64,000 bases of DNA from Tubiluchus corallicola (GCA_030141605.1 JAQGDQ010000391.1:62001-126000), one strand, 5' to 3'; shown: positions 12,629 to 27,500, numbered from the stretch's first letter. The notes: generated by a model not told the origin, from the sequence alone. Program-made: numbers and translations.

Positions 12629-15600
12629 GTAAGTCATGGACTTTTACTTTGCACTGTTAGTTTTTATAATTCTTTATTTCAGCTCGCAGACATAGTCTTA
12701 AGCCATAAAAAGACAGCATTACTAAAAAAATAAATATAAAAACAAAAACTTACAGTTAACAGAAAAAATAAGAACAGAAAAAATAAGAACCACATGCATT
12801 AAAAGTACATTAAAATTGCATTCCAATGGGCGTAGACTTTAGAACATATAAAACATTACCATTGTTAATTACATGTTTTAATAAACAATTACAAGATTTT
12901 AAAACATGGCATCTAAGATTTCAAGTACACTTACACAAAATACCTTTAAAATGATCAATATCAGTTTCTTCACAGATTGTAGATTGCATTTTACCATAGC
13001 TGTGTGGTAAGCAGAATTTAACTTATTAAAGTTGTACAAGTAATATTTAGTCCAGAGATTGGGACAAGAAAATCACCAACAAAATGACTTAATTGGCACA
13101 CGTTTTACACCTTGAGCATGACACCTACTCACGAGTTACACATGATCTATCAAGAATCAGATTCTGATCATTGTTCAGATTCAGATTATGTTTCGTAGTC
13201 GTAAACAATAAATAAGTGTATGTAGTTTATTTACTAAAACAAGTTACATGTATACACGAGGAACGACGTAAACGCTGCAATCGATACAGTAGTGATTTTA
13301 GTCCAAATGTCACTTTACGTATATTTCCTACCCAAGGTTATAGCATTAAAAACAGTGTTATGCATACAAGGTAAATCAGCATAAAAGGTGCAAAATTTCA
13401 TAACTGATTATATAACAATTAGGGTGCTCAAAGAAGTGAGTTAAATCAGCAAAGTTTACATTGTCATAGCGGTTTCTAACATTTGATATTTGTCATTAGC
13501 ATGTCCTTTTCTGAGGATTTGGCTCTATTGGTCGTGAGGTACGGTTTATTTTGTGCTCGCATTCCGCATCTTTCGACTTTTTCGTCTGCTGTGAAATTCC
13601 ATCGGTCCATATATTTTGAGACGGATCCTAACTGGACAATATTAATTATACTAGCCAAAGCCAGCAAAAAGAATTTTGTACATAAACTCACAACAACAAC
13701 CACACCACGTCACACTGCCACCCAGCACCCTACTCACAACACACCACTCACACCATACCACATCAACCCACGGCACCACTCACAACACACCACCCACCCA
13801 ACACCACACCTCCCACTATAGCGCATCGCAACACCACAGCACACCCACATCACTCTACACCACACCATCCACACCTTACCACCCCACCAAATTATCCATA
13901 TTGCATCACCTACACCACACCGTCAGTACCGTACCACACCACCAGATTATCCACACCACATCACCCACACCACACCGTCAATACCAAACCACTTCATCAA
14001 TACCACATATACCCCACCACACCATCAACGGCTCAACACCCACAACACACCATCCACACTCTTCTCAGTCCTCTGTACCTTGGCAACTCGGGGCAAGGCG
14101 TCCGCAACATTATGATACCTGTAATTCATTTCATGCAGCTTCCTATTAGATCGCATCAGTAGGCAGAAAAATTTTCTTGCGTTGCGAAAACATTTGACTA
14201 ACGGTAACAATGTGAAGGATGTTTATTTCTAAACTTCTCCAAACTGAGAAGCCTATTAAATTTCATTGAATGTAACTTACACAAACTTTAGTGCATCAAA
14301 AAAATAACATTTTCAAAACAAAGAAAATTTATTTGTTTCAGAATTTCTAGCAAAAACAATATCTGTAAAACAAATATTTTCTGTTACATTAATTTCTGTT
14401 TACAATGACAACTATTTTTTTGCTCCAACGAGACCGCCTGACACCGTCTCAAGTGTTTCTGCTGAAATAGCTCCTGCACAATTATCTTCTAATTCTTCTC
14501 CTTCTACAGAAGTAACCTCAACATCCGCATGCTCCTCTTCCTTTCTTCTTTTTCTCAAATCATTCTTTGTTTCAGCATTGTATTCTGCTTCATCTTTTTC
14601 TACAGAAGTAACTTCAATATCCATATGCTTTTCTGCATTACTTCTTTTTTGTGACTCACCTTCTGTTTCAACACCGTCTACTTTTTCATTTCTTTTAACA
14701 ACGTCATTTTCATTTGAAGCAACACCAGTATCAGCAAGCCTTTCTATTTCTTCTCCTTTTATTGAAGCAACACCTTTGGCAGAGACGTCTTTTGTTACAC
14801 CTTCCTTTTTTGTCTCATCAGCAGAACTAGTGCTAATGTTAGACTTTGTTTGTCTGACCAGGTAAACCAATAGAGCAACTATGAGTCCAAACAATACCAC
14901 AGTAAGTAGAATCAGTAGTGCGAGTCCAGAAGAGGCATTTGATTTGCTTGACAGATGTTTTGGATCAGTCCATGGTGAGTTACCATCAATCGGTGACAAA
15001 ATTATTGCTTCAGCATAATCACATCTGATTTTGCTATTTGATCCTGCGATGCAAGCACTTAAGCCAACCACCATTTTTCCTTTTGCATTTACAATCAGAG
15101 AGATCTTTCCTTCAGAATTCATTTGGGCGACGTTTTTGAAGTTTAGAATTGAGTATAACAGCTGCACATTATTGTGAGTTTCAAACGTTGCTTGAACTTG
15201 ACCAATATATGATCCAGCAACTCCAGTACTGTCGAATAAATAGGCTTTTTGAGTGAACTTAGGACTTCTCAGTGCCGCATTTTTCACATTAACAGTAACA
15301 TCAATGGTTCCTGCTTGCCTATTATTTGCAACATTACGAGCCTTTACAACAAGTTCGTAGCGATCCTTGATATATGCATTCAATGTTGACGATAAAACCA
15401 GACTTAAGACTGATATATTTGGCATGTGCGTTTTAGATATGATTAATATAAAGTCATCTACATATGCACCCTGCTTTGTCTTTAATGTGTAGGTAAACTG
15501 AGGTTCTAAATTACCAATTTGAACACCCGTAACGAATATCAATGTGTCATAGTGTTCGTAATCAAACACATCGACTGAAATTTTTTCTGAATTACGTCTG

Positions 15601-18485
15601 AACATTCTGAACATTGCAGAATTTAGAGTGATGTCGATACGCACGAGTGCTCTGTCACAATGTGTAGCAACATCACGTTCTGTCGCTTGAACAAGAGTGT
15701 GGTAAACAACTGTTTCGTACGAAGCAGCCCAAGGAAGATTCCCAGCAATAGTAATTTCACCATTTGCTTTATCTATTTTAAAGATGTTTTCTACTTGGCT
15801 TGGGTACGGAAAAGAGAAAAACACAACATTTCCTAGTCTATCTTTGTCATTTGCTTCAATTTTTGCTGGTTCAACTTTTAGTGGTGCGCTAAAATTTTCT
15901 TTATACACTCCGACCTGATACAGATTATGAGAAAATTTGGGATTCTCGTTATTTGCTTTACCTATAAGAACATTAAGGCTAAGTTTTCTAGGCTGTCTTT
16001 TAGATGGCCCAGCATTCCCAATTGGTGGTGCATTGAACTTAGTCTTGGGTATCAACCAGAGATTTAAAATGAGATTCTTTGTGAATTTGTAGTGTACTTT
16101 CTTATTCAGATAAACACAAAAGTCAAGTCTCTTTGCTGGTTGATAAGAATTGAAATCCTTTTCTGTAGTTTTACCTTGAAAATATTCCTCTCCCGTGCAG
16201 CTAAAATTGCCACCTTGATTCACAAGTTCGCCCATGCATATGATAAAATTTCTTGCCAATGCAAATTCGTCCAAGTCTTTGGCGGGAAATTTCCACAATT
16301 GTGAGCCAATTAGAGAATCTTCAGCAAGAAATAGTTGCCTGCCGGGATTCAAGTCGAATGTAGGAGCATATTGATCCTCGGGCACTATTACAAGGGTAAG
16401 TGTAATTTCATGCCAAAGGTAAGGGCGGTTGCGATCACAATACACTGGTATCCCAAGGAGGCTCCAAGCTTCAAAGCATCCTAAGCAATTAAACTTTAAT
16501 AAAAGCTTCGGTTTTTCCTGTTGAAGTTGATTACGTTTATATTCTAACAGATAACCCTCAATTCTTCTATTTGCCGTGTACTCTATAAAAGGACCCAGTG
16601 TTATTTTTCGCCCTGACCTATCATTTCCTATCTTAAACAACTGATGGTCAGTACGGGTTCCGTTTATTGTTGCGTCAGTAAGGTAAGGTTCTGCATAATA
16701 AATTGAAAATAAAGCACTAAAGTCAGGAATACCCAAACGCATTCTGTTTCCTCTCTTAAATAACTTTTCTGCAACTGTCATTTCGTACTGGACATTTGGT
16801 GAAGGGAGGCATGCTTTTCGAGGTGCCCTGCCGCCTGTGATGTGCCCGTTTATGTATTCACTAAAGCTGAATCTCGCAATTGTAAAAAGTAAGAACAGCA
16901 CTTCAAATAGTTTGCATTCCATGTCACTCTATCAAGAAATGTTGTTCCCTCATTCTAACTGCAGAATATTCATTGACACATTTCTTCTCCAAAACTCACT
17001 TTGTTACACAGTTCCATTCGAATTCCATTCGAAATTCTGTTCCATTGGAATTTGACATTTTTGCTTTATTGTTTCCACGGCTATAATTGTGACAGCATTG
17101 TTGAAATCCTGTAATTTAAAATTACATTTTTCTTTTAGTCTGAAAGCAATCTGAAAAAAGTAACAACGACAACCCTACAAATGGATGCGTGGCCTGACAT
17201 TTTTGATTGTTACTATTAATAGAAAACTAGCCAAACCCGACAAAAAAGTTTTGCATATAAACTCACAACAATGCACATCATACCATACAACCACCCACCA
17301 CCCCACTCACAACACAGCACCCACACCACACCACACCACACCACACCACTCTACACCACACTGCCCCACCACACTGCCCACCACACTGCCCCACAACATT
17401 ATCCACACCACATCACCCACACCACTCCATCAATACCACACCACTCTACCCACACCGCTCCACCAATACCTCACATACCTTACCACCCCACATATCATCC
17501 ACAGCACAACACCCACTGCACACCATTCACAGGACACCCACCACACCAACAACACCACACCCACCACATCACATGGTGATGATGATGTTGACGACTGTGA
17601 TAATGATTTCGACATCAATAACGACAACCTACAGCACCAACGCCAACAGCACTGCATCATAGTAAAACCATGCAAAACAATTTTGTATAAAGACAATACT
17701 GTGCACTATATCAAATGCTGTTACACCCATCCACCCTTGATCAATAATGCACGGACATTCTACACAATTTTGCTTACTTCTTTCTATAACTTGCAAGTAC
17801 AATCTATGACACAGTATAGGATAGCGGATGAGAACAATGCCTAGAACAGCCACGAAATTTCTTGAACTCAAAGACAACGCATGTTTCAAATAGTAGCACA
17901 GGGGTAGAAAAAGAACTTCGAAATACACCCTGTTTCGTCTAGTATAGATCTCTCCGAGTGAAGCTATAAACACTTTGTAGACCGGTTCGTCCTCATCTGC
18001 GAGTTTATTTATTTTTCAACTTTTTTCATTAGTTGCACAAATCAAGCTTTTTGGAGGTTGTTTTGTGCAGCTTTTAAGAAAGTTGTGGTATATAGGTCCC
18101 GGAAAATGTCCGTAGCGGGTATTAGTGGCCCTTCCGCTAAAAATCTGACAGCCACCATTGAACGGGTAACACCCACTATATAACAGGCTATCTGACCATT
18201 ACCAGCAGCACACGGAGTACGTTCCCATTCTCTAGAAACAAGAGGTATAAATTTTGCGAAACATGGTTCAAAAGGGAGATTTTTGCAGGTTTTTCGCCCG
18301 CCCCCCGCCTGTTTCTCCCGGTGGACGTGATTCTAAAAGTATTACCACAATGAAAAATCTGTGCGTCCGGACCTTTTGTTTGGTGTATAGGTCGCCGAAA
18401 GTGGTGCAGTCGTTGCAAGTGTAGCCTCGTCGATTATGTATCCATATATAACCGATACATCCAAGTAGTCTCCGTGGTTATAATG

Positions 18486-18536
<51 letters not shown>

Positions 18537-21500
18537 GTTACATTGTCATGACCTTGAAAATTAATATAATTTTTTATGGACACACACTCTTCTTTAGAAA
18601 CTAATCTTCCCTTTACAACCTTTTAAACTAGTTTGCTGTTAGTTTTCCGCTCTGTTTCAGTCTCTCAATCACCTGTCATTGCATTTGTTAGAGTTTATTA
18701 ATCAGTTTAACTTAATCCCTGTCTAATTCTAATGGTTCTGACGTTAGGTATCCAGTTCCAGCCTTTTTACACACTCATGTTGCTCCTTCATACTTTACGC
18801 TAGTATGATTCATTGCTGCATTAGATTTCATTGTTCATGCTACTTATCATTGGGTGATTGTTTTAAATTGATAACAATGATAACATCCTGTAACTTTTAA
18901 GAACGCTCTCGTTCTAAGTCCTTTAAGTATTGCTTGTTTTTTCACGCCATCTTGTCACAAAATGAATTTTTACTAGACGAAAAACTTGTCCGAATAATAA
19001 TGTAGCACAACGAACATCATTGAACCTACTGGAAATTGTTAGTGATATGATCCGAATTCCTTATCAGTCAACAAGGTATACATCTGCAAGCAAAACAGAC
19101 TTTTGCTCAAATATTTACTCCTAAACTGCTAGATCTTTCCGTTTTGTTTGCACGTGTGAATTTTATTGATTGATAACGAATTCTTGGATAATTAAAAACG
19201 ATCCAATATTACTTTTCAGCGTCAGTTCTTTACATCGCTGTTGTGCTATTTTTTCCAATAGGTTATTCATGGTTTTGTAACAGGGTTTATGAGTGCGGTG
19301 AGCAAAATGTTTGTTTAACCACATAAGAAAAATGTGAATTCTTAATGTAAACATTGTCACAAAAATACACAAATGCACAAGTTGTTACTATTAAATTTGT
19401 CTTACCATAATGGACTTGGTCCTTGAAAAAGAAACAACTTTGTACAGCATGCTTTTAAGTTGTTGCAGTATGATTTTGAAAGCATGCTGTATTTGACAAA
19501 ATAGTTCGCGAGGTGCAAATATGTGAATAAAATAAAGTTTTTTAATATCGAAATTCCGTTTATAGAAAACAAGAATGATGAAGTTAAAATATGTGCATAA
19601 AATATGTACACCACAAATATTTCACAAGTGATACATACAAGGATTAGAACGATTACATGATAATGACAATGCGATTAAACGATGCTAAACGCTACGTTCG
19701 AGCAGAAAGAAAACTAGAGCAAAAATGCTGCATAAGAGCCATTAGCTACGTTAAAAGTTAATTACTATGTCAAAATGAGCATAAATGCAACAATTAACAT
19801 AAACACTACAGAATACAGATATAACGACTACATACGGATAATTGGATTATCTTCGATAAGGAGGAATTGGAGAGCAATAACGCAATGCTATGTCGCTACA
19901 AGCTATCTAGAAAAAAGCTGCAAGATTAGAACTATATATCTTTTGAGAAAGAAGCCTATATTCAAGTAATTACACGGCTAATTGAAAACAAATCTAGTTT
20001 ACATAGAATTATATGTAAACTATGAAAACAGATTTGGGAAAGATACTTTTAACAGTGAACAAACACAATTTACTCGAGAAGAGTAGTTATCGACAAATAA
20101 AGCATGTTTTCAAATACAAGAGTTTTTGAAATAAAAGGTTTTCAGACTAACAAAATGCTTGTAAAAAATAATGAATATGAATTATGAAGATTTAGAAAAT
20201 CTGAATTCATAATCATACGAATTCATTAGCTTTTTTTCAAAATTGACAAGTAAGAAGGTAATGCGGACATAAAAATGACGTAACAAGAGCCCAAGAAATA
20301 TAATATTTGTTACTGAATTGTATAGGTAATAGTTGTTAAATTCACTTTATTATGAACGTTTTTAATAACCGATACAGAGCCAGGTTCAAAAACAACGGGA
20401 TCTCTGCTAGTTCGCGCCTCTAATTTATCAGCAGTACGGGTGCTCCTTCATTCTCGTACATAGCATTTGTTGCAGTTTTCACATTACAAAATATTTTTAT
20501 TAAAACCTAAATCATTGGAGTGATTTTTTATTCTTTAAAATTGCTACAGTACAATAAATAACTTCTAACAAATAAAGATGGTTTAGAAGTTTTTTGCTTT
20601 TTCATTTTAACTTCGATCCCTGCTTACAGGAAGACTGCGGAAAGACTTTCCTGCTTAATGCAATTGGGATGAAAGGATCGGGACTTTTAAGCGGTAGGAT
20701 CGCCATCAACGGCACACCATGTACTGAAAAATACTTCAAGTAAGTTTAATAGTTATTAAAATAATTGCGTGCCATGTTCATTATGACACGATGTGAATTG
20801 TTAGTTATTGTTTGGAAGAAAAAAACAACAAAACAGCAAAGAAAAAAGTACCTTGCACTTTTGAAATGTCCCCATATTCCTCGCTGTGAAATTTTTAGAA
20901 AATATAGCGTTGCGTGAGGTATAGAACTCTTCGGGGTAAAAGGCCCACACGAGTTTTGCAGAAGTGCCAATAGAGGACACTACATACATGCATGCGTGGA
21001 ATACTGAAAGCTAATATGCAGATAAAAAGGTTAGTTGTATAAGTGATGCTTAAGTAAGACGTGCAGATTGTGGTGGTCTCATATAACTTTTCATCATTTT
21101 TTCTATCAATTTTTGATTAACAAATTCGTGGAGTTCTATCGAAGGAACCGTACGATGAGCGTGATATTATGACTGCAAATGTTCACCTGTAAGTGTACTT
21201 TCCTAAAAAATTCTTACGCTAACTTAACAATTTTTGCACTTAATCGTAAAGACATATCTTGATGTGCAAAGGGGCAAACGGTCTCGCCTCTGCGTGTGGG
21301 GCTCGAAACGCCCGTGGTGTCTTTGCGCCGATTATATTAGGGCACTTTACAATTCCAGGGATTGATGGTGATCGTGAACAAATCAAAGGTTAGGTGTACC
21401 AGAGAACGCATTTATGTACACTATACAACGTCTCGCAACGCCTTGTAATAGTAACAGTCTTAACAGCTAGCTAGAACCTTATCTAGCTCATTTTTCTTGT

Positions 21501-24500
21501 TCCCAAGCGAGATCCTGCTAGTAGATCACTCTATGCACAGACTAATGCATAAGTTAAGTAAAGTCCACGTAAAAGAACTGAAATTACTGAACGTTAGCTG
21601 CCGTTGGTTTTTCTTTACCCGTATGTCACGTGACGGTTGTAGTTAAGACGCTTTGCTTTGGTACACTTAACCTTTGACCTACAACTGCGCCTGCGCACAA
21701 TGAAACTGTGAAAATACTTATTATTTAATAACTGAAGTTGGTATGGCACATTTTTGATAATTTAACAGGTTCAAAGCTTTAATTTTGTTCGTTTTTATTT
21801 TGTTTGTTAGTTTTGTCTTTCTCTTCTTCCAAAGCAGTGTTACAGTTTTTTCGGTTTTCAAAAATGTGTTGCTGTCTACTTGAATTAACTCTTTCCCTCT
21901 GCTTACAAACAACATGAACAATGAAGCAACAGTAAACGCGGAAGAAAGCAGTTAATTCTGATTTTCACTAAACACAGCTATTAAAATTGACTTGCAAAAA
22001 CCAGAACAACAGTGCAAGCGTAATGAAAGGGCAATAGAAGTATTAGAGATTTTGGGTCCACGTCATCAACGCAAAAATGCAAGAGCAAGACCCCTGTTAG
22101 AAGGACATGATGAATGTCGTAACTTGGACATAGTGGCCAAATGTCTCCAAAAGAGAGAAAATGTGGGTAAAAATGAAAAAAGTTTTGGCAGCATTGTGAC
22201 AGAAAGTAGGCAGGCTTACTTTGTTGACTCACTGATGACGTCAAAAAACACACACTGAAAGTTACAAATTGTTAAAAATAACTTGATTTCATGGTCACTC
22301 CATTGAAAAATAGGTTACATATTTGCCATTGTTTATGCTGTAATATGACAAATAGTATTAGTATCATTAGTGAAACCTAGAAGATCGTAAGCGGTCAATA
22401 AAATGCGTTGAAAAGCTGTGGATTCGGGTCACAGTGATTGGGCACACTTTTTCCAAACCATTTGTGTCTGATAGTAATGTACTAAAAACAAAATCTTTAT
22501 CCTTGATTTACGTATGAGCTTACAGCTCTATTTTTAATTATTAATATTTCTAATTATAACTTTAATGTGCGATTTAGACATTTGCTACAATCATTTTTCC
22601 CTTTTTAGCCTTGCTATAACTATTTACTGCACTATTTTTTGTAGACCAATCAATGCACTGCCGGCCTACATCTATTACCCGAGCTATGTGTCCATATATC
22701 GCTATGCTGAATACGTAATAGCAAATGATGAATTTCAAGAAATGGGCAACACCACATGCGATGCAGAGGACAGAGTCAGAGGTCTGAGCCGGTTTCCTAG
22801 TGGTCAAAACCTGATGGAGACTTTCTGGCCGGTGGACAACCAGAGTCGGATTGACAGTTTTGGAGTAATGTTTATCATGTATGCCTGTCTCTGTGTAGTA
22901 ACATTACTGATATACCATCTGCCCATAAGAAAACAAACAAAAGCTTGAGCAATTTCGACAATAATTGAAGAGGTAATTTGTTATTTGCACTTGCTGAAAA
23001 GCTAATGTTTGAACTGGAAAAATGAATATATAATTTATTTTTGATAATTGTAGTCAAATCTAGACTAATGAAGTTTTTCTAACACTCAAAGCCATTGACT
23101 GAAATTTGCTTATTTTAGAATTGTCTGTTGTTGCCTTTACCCCATTTTTACTATAAATTTTAGCTGCAATAGCGTTTAGAGGTAAAGGTTCACATGTTTC
23201 TGTACTTTAATTAGACATTTATTTTAACCAATTCACTTTTATTAAGTCTGATGTCTGATCGAATGAATGAGTACCTTCCAGCATAATGTATATAAACTTG
23301 TATTATAAATTTTTATGACAAATTTTATATTGTTATTAGTGGGTTGGTGAATTAATATTTTTTGTATTTGATGTCATGCTGTTTATATAAAAATTAATAC
23401 AACATTTATCTGAATAATACTACTGTTGCTTTGTTATATAACTCTGTCGTTGCCTCGTTGCATCATTTTTATTGTTATTTTAGTTTTTAATGATCTGGTG
23501 GAACCATTTTAAATCGCGCATCTTTACACAAACAGTGCTAAATTCATTTGGAGTGAATTAAGTGAGGACCAACTTACTTCAGTTTTTCTATCGTTCAATA
23601 CAAGCAATACATACAATATCTACTCGCCAAGAACGAATTTGTACAAAAATGACAACAAAATTATTCATCTTACACAGAATAAGTTACTCAAAATGGAAAC
23701 ACAAAAATTACGGTTGTCATGGCTACTAGGGAATGTCTTAAAAATGAGGCCAGTGAAATCACTGCGGTGTTTTTTAAAGCAAACTTTAACTAGATGCAAT
23801 TGCAGACAAAAAGAGGCATCATTTTACCAACTTTAACATGCAGCATGAAATTTCTTTAAATTTTAACAATGATGCGATCTGTACATTAGTCATTGTAATT
23901 TTGCGTAACAGTTTTAGTGTATTTATAAGTATGTATATACAGAAGAAGGTTTAAATAATTATATCGACATTTTACACAACAGTTATAAGTGTTTAACCAT
24001 CTAAGCTAGGTCTATACATATAAATTTCGCCGAACTGTGTTTCTGTCAACTGGCAACCATATTGCTATAGAGGAAAACCTTCTTATTTTCAAAAAAGAAC
24101 AGATAGAGAAAGAAACAAATATAAACCGTTTCTATTTTAAATTAAAACAACAGCTGACAGATGGCAGTATTTGCAATTAGTGAGTACTAAAGTAACATAA
24201 TGGCTATGTATCACTGCTTGCTGCCAAAACAGTGCTGAAGAACTGTATAGGCGGGTAAAGATAGCAACTTGTAAAGGGGTACCTAAAACTAATTGCGACA
24301 AAACTTTTCTGTTCGGGAGAGATGGTTTAGGAAATATACCCGAATTTTGGCCCAAGTAGGCGCCATCTTGCATTTATGCGTACATTTCAAAATATCAAAG
24401 CTGAATTTAACCGACTTTTTGTTGAGGATTCCTTGAGAGCACACTCTAACAGCATTTAAACAAATTCGATTGCAAATCGTTCTAAGTTGCTTACTATCTT

Positions 24501-27500
24501 TACCTCCTAGTACTCTTCTGTATTAATTGTAAAAAAGTGCAAAATACCACTAAACCTGAAAGGGATGCTGAACAGCTTTGCTAAGTATTTTGTAAATGAA
24601 GTGCAAGTTGAAAAAAAACAAAAAGCGTTGACGAAAACAATGAAAACGGAAATCCACACAGTTATTTGTAACTATATCCTAAACGGGAATGATTTTAAAA
24701 TATATATGTCCAAGCCATATTTCTACAAATCGTAGACTAATTTCAAGAACACTAAAACCGTTTTAGTATAGTATACGCTACGACTGCTTATCCCTTTTTC
24801 ATTTAAACTTGTTTCAGACCTATTATCAAAATGGCTGCACCAACCTGGAGTTTAAAAATTAAAGTTTCAAATTTTATACAGAGTTGCTGCTAACAAAAGC
24901 TCTGTGCGCAATAAGACAGCATGTTGGTGACAAAAAATTTCAAGACGAATTTCTAGCTTTACGTAAGTAAAATGATTTCTTGTGCTTTAACAGGCAACGT
25001 TAACACTAACGGCTGTTTAAGGACATACACAGAGCAACGTAGAAAAGGGCACAATAAACAAACTAATGGCATAGATTATACATTTTTAGCGTTGGCAAAC
25101 ACTAAATTCGAACTCAAGACTCCGAAGTCTAGATCACTCAACCCAGGACAATGCTTATGGCTAAATCATTAAGCTAATCTACGAAATTAACTTCAGGAAG
25201 CTCTGAATTGTTTCAAGTGAAATCATGAACTCTGAGGTGCCCTGGAACATGTATAAACACTGGAGTTACAAGGTGTTCGATACGTCGAGGACGAAGGATC
25301 TTTGTACGATTTTGTTCTGTGCAAACGACCAGTGAAGGGCTCGTGTTGAAAGATGTCAGCATGGAGGTTCGTAGCGGGGAGGTTATGTGTGTCATGGGAT
25401 TCAGCAGGTAAGTCATGAACTTTTACCTTGCACTGTTAGTTTTTATAATTTTCTACTTCAGCTTGTAGACATAGTCTTAAGCCATAAAAAGGCAGTATTA
25501 CTATAAAATTAAATATAAAAACAAAAACTTACAATTTACAGAAAAAATAAGAATAGTTAAAATATTTACGAAAATCACATGCATTAAAAGTACATTAAAA
25601 TTGCATTCCAATGGGCGGAGATTTTAGAACATATAAAACATTACCATTGTTAATTACATGTTTTAATAAACAATTACGAGATTTTAAAACATGGCATCTA
25701 AGATTTCAAGTACACTTACGCAAAATACCTTTAAAATGATCAATATCATTTTCTTCACAGATTGTAGATTGCATTTTAGCATAGCTGTGTGGTAAGCAGA
25801 ATTTATCTAATTAAAATTGTACAAGTAATATTTAGTCCAGAGATTGGGACAAGAAAATCACCAACAAAATGACTTAATTGGCGCACGTTTTACACCTTGA
25901 GCATGACACCTACTCACGAGTAACTCATGATCTATCAAGAATCAGATTCTGATCATTTTTCAGATTCAGATTACGTTTCGTAGTCGTAAACAATAAATAG
26001 GTGTATGTAGTTTATTTACTAAAACAAGTTACATGTATACACGAGAAATTCTGCCATCGATACAGTAGTGATTTTAGTCCAAATGTCACTTTACGTATAT
26101 TTCCTACTCAAGGTTATAGCATTAAAAACAGTGTTATGCATACAAGGTACATCAGCATAAGAGGTGCAAAATTTCATAACATATTATATAACAATTAGGG
26201 TGCTCAAAGAAGTGAGTTGAATCAGCAAAGTTTACATTGTCATAGCAGTTTCTAATATTTGATATTTGTCATTAGCATGTCCTTTTCTGAGGATTTGGCT
26301 CTATTGGTCGTGCGGTACGGTTTATTTTGTGCTCGCATACCGCATCTTTCGACTTTTTCGTCTGCTGTGAAATTCCGAAGGTCCATATATTTTAAGACAA
26401 ACCCTAATTGGACACTATTAATTATACTAGCCAAACCCGGCAAAAAGAATTTTGTACTTAAACTCACAACAACAACCCGCACCACGTCACACTGCCACCC
26501 AGCACCCTACTCACAAAACACCACCCACACCATACCACATCAACCCACGGCACCACTCACAACACACCACCCACCCAACACCACCCCTCCCACTATAGCA
26601 CATCGCAACACCACAGCACACCCAAATTATCCACGCCGCATCATCCACACCACACTGTCAGTACCCTACCACACCACCTGATTATCCACACCACATCACC
26701 ACACCACACTGTCAATACCACATCACTTCATCAATACCACATATACCCTACCACCCCACCACACCTCACAGTCCTCTGTCCCTTGACAGCTCGGGGCAAG
26801 GCGTCCGCAACATTATGATAACGGTAATTCATTTCATACAGCTTCCTATTAGATCACATCAGTAGGCAGAAAAATTTTCTTGCATTGCTAAAAAATTTGA
26901 CCAACGGTAACAATGTGAAGGATGTTTATTTCTCATACTTCTCCAAACTGAGAAGCCTATTAAATTTCATTGAATGTAACTTACACAAACCCTAGTGCAT
27001 CAGAAAAGTAACATTTTCAAAACAAAGAAAATTTATTTGTTTCAGAATTTCTAGCAAAAACAATATCTGAATATGTTTTAAAAAACTGATAAACATAAAT
27101 TGACCTAAAGCAACTACACAATGTTTTCAAAACTGGTAAATGTAAGAAAGGACTGTAAAACAAATATTTTCTGTTACATTAATTACTGTTTACAATGGCA
27201 ACTATTTTTTTCTTCCTACGAGACCGCCTGACACCGTCTCAAGTGTTTCTGCTGAAATAGTTCCTGCACAATTATCTTCTAGTTCTTCTCCTTCTACGGA
27301 AGTAACCTCAACATCTGCATGCTCCTCTCCCTTTCTCCTTTTTGTCAAATCATTCTTTGTTTCAGCATTCGCTTCTGCTTTATCGTTTTCTACAAAAGTA
27401 ACTTCAATATCCATATGCTTTTCTGCATTACTTCTCTTTTGTGACTCACCTTCTGTTTCAACCCCGTCTTCTTTTTCATTCCTTTTAACCACGTCATTTT

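Larger units (their letters stand above)
12389..25186 (+). repeat. Segmental tandem duplication unit 1
   Basis: Colinear with units 2-4 from the shared ttaacttcaggaag start. Confidence 0.9.

Noticed and set aside
13476-14210. Small ORFs conserved across units (also 17185-17973, 19163-19969 and their copies)
   Set aside because: Conservation is explained by recent duplication; frames break between copies; low complexity; no motifs
17011-17053. Heat-shock element upstream of the cadherin (ttccattcgaa repeats)
   Set aside because: Spacing does not fit alternating nGAAn units; simple short tandem duplication, partly deleted in unit 3
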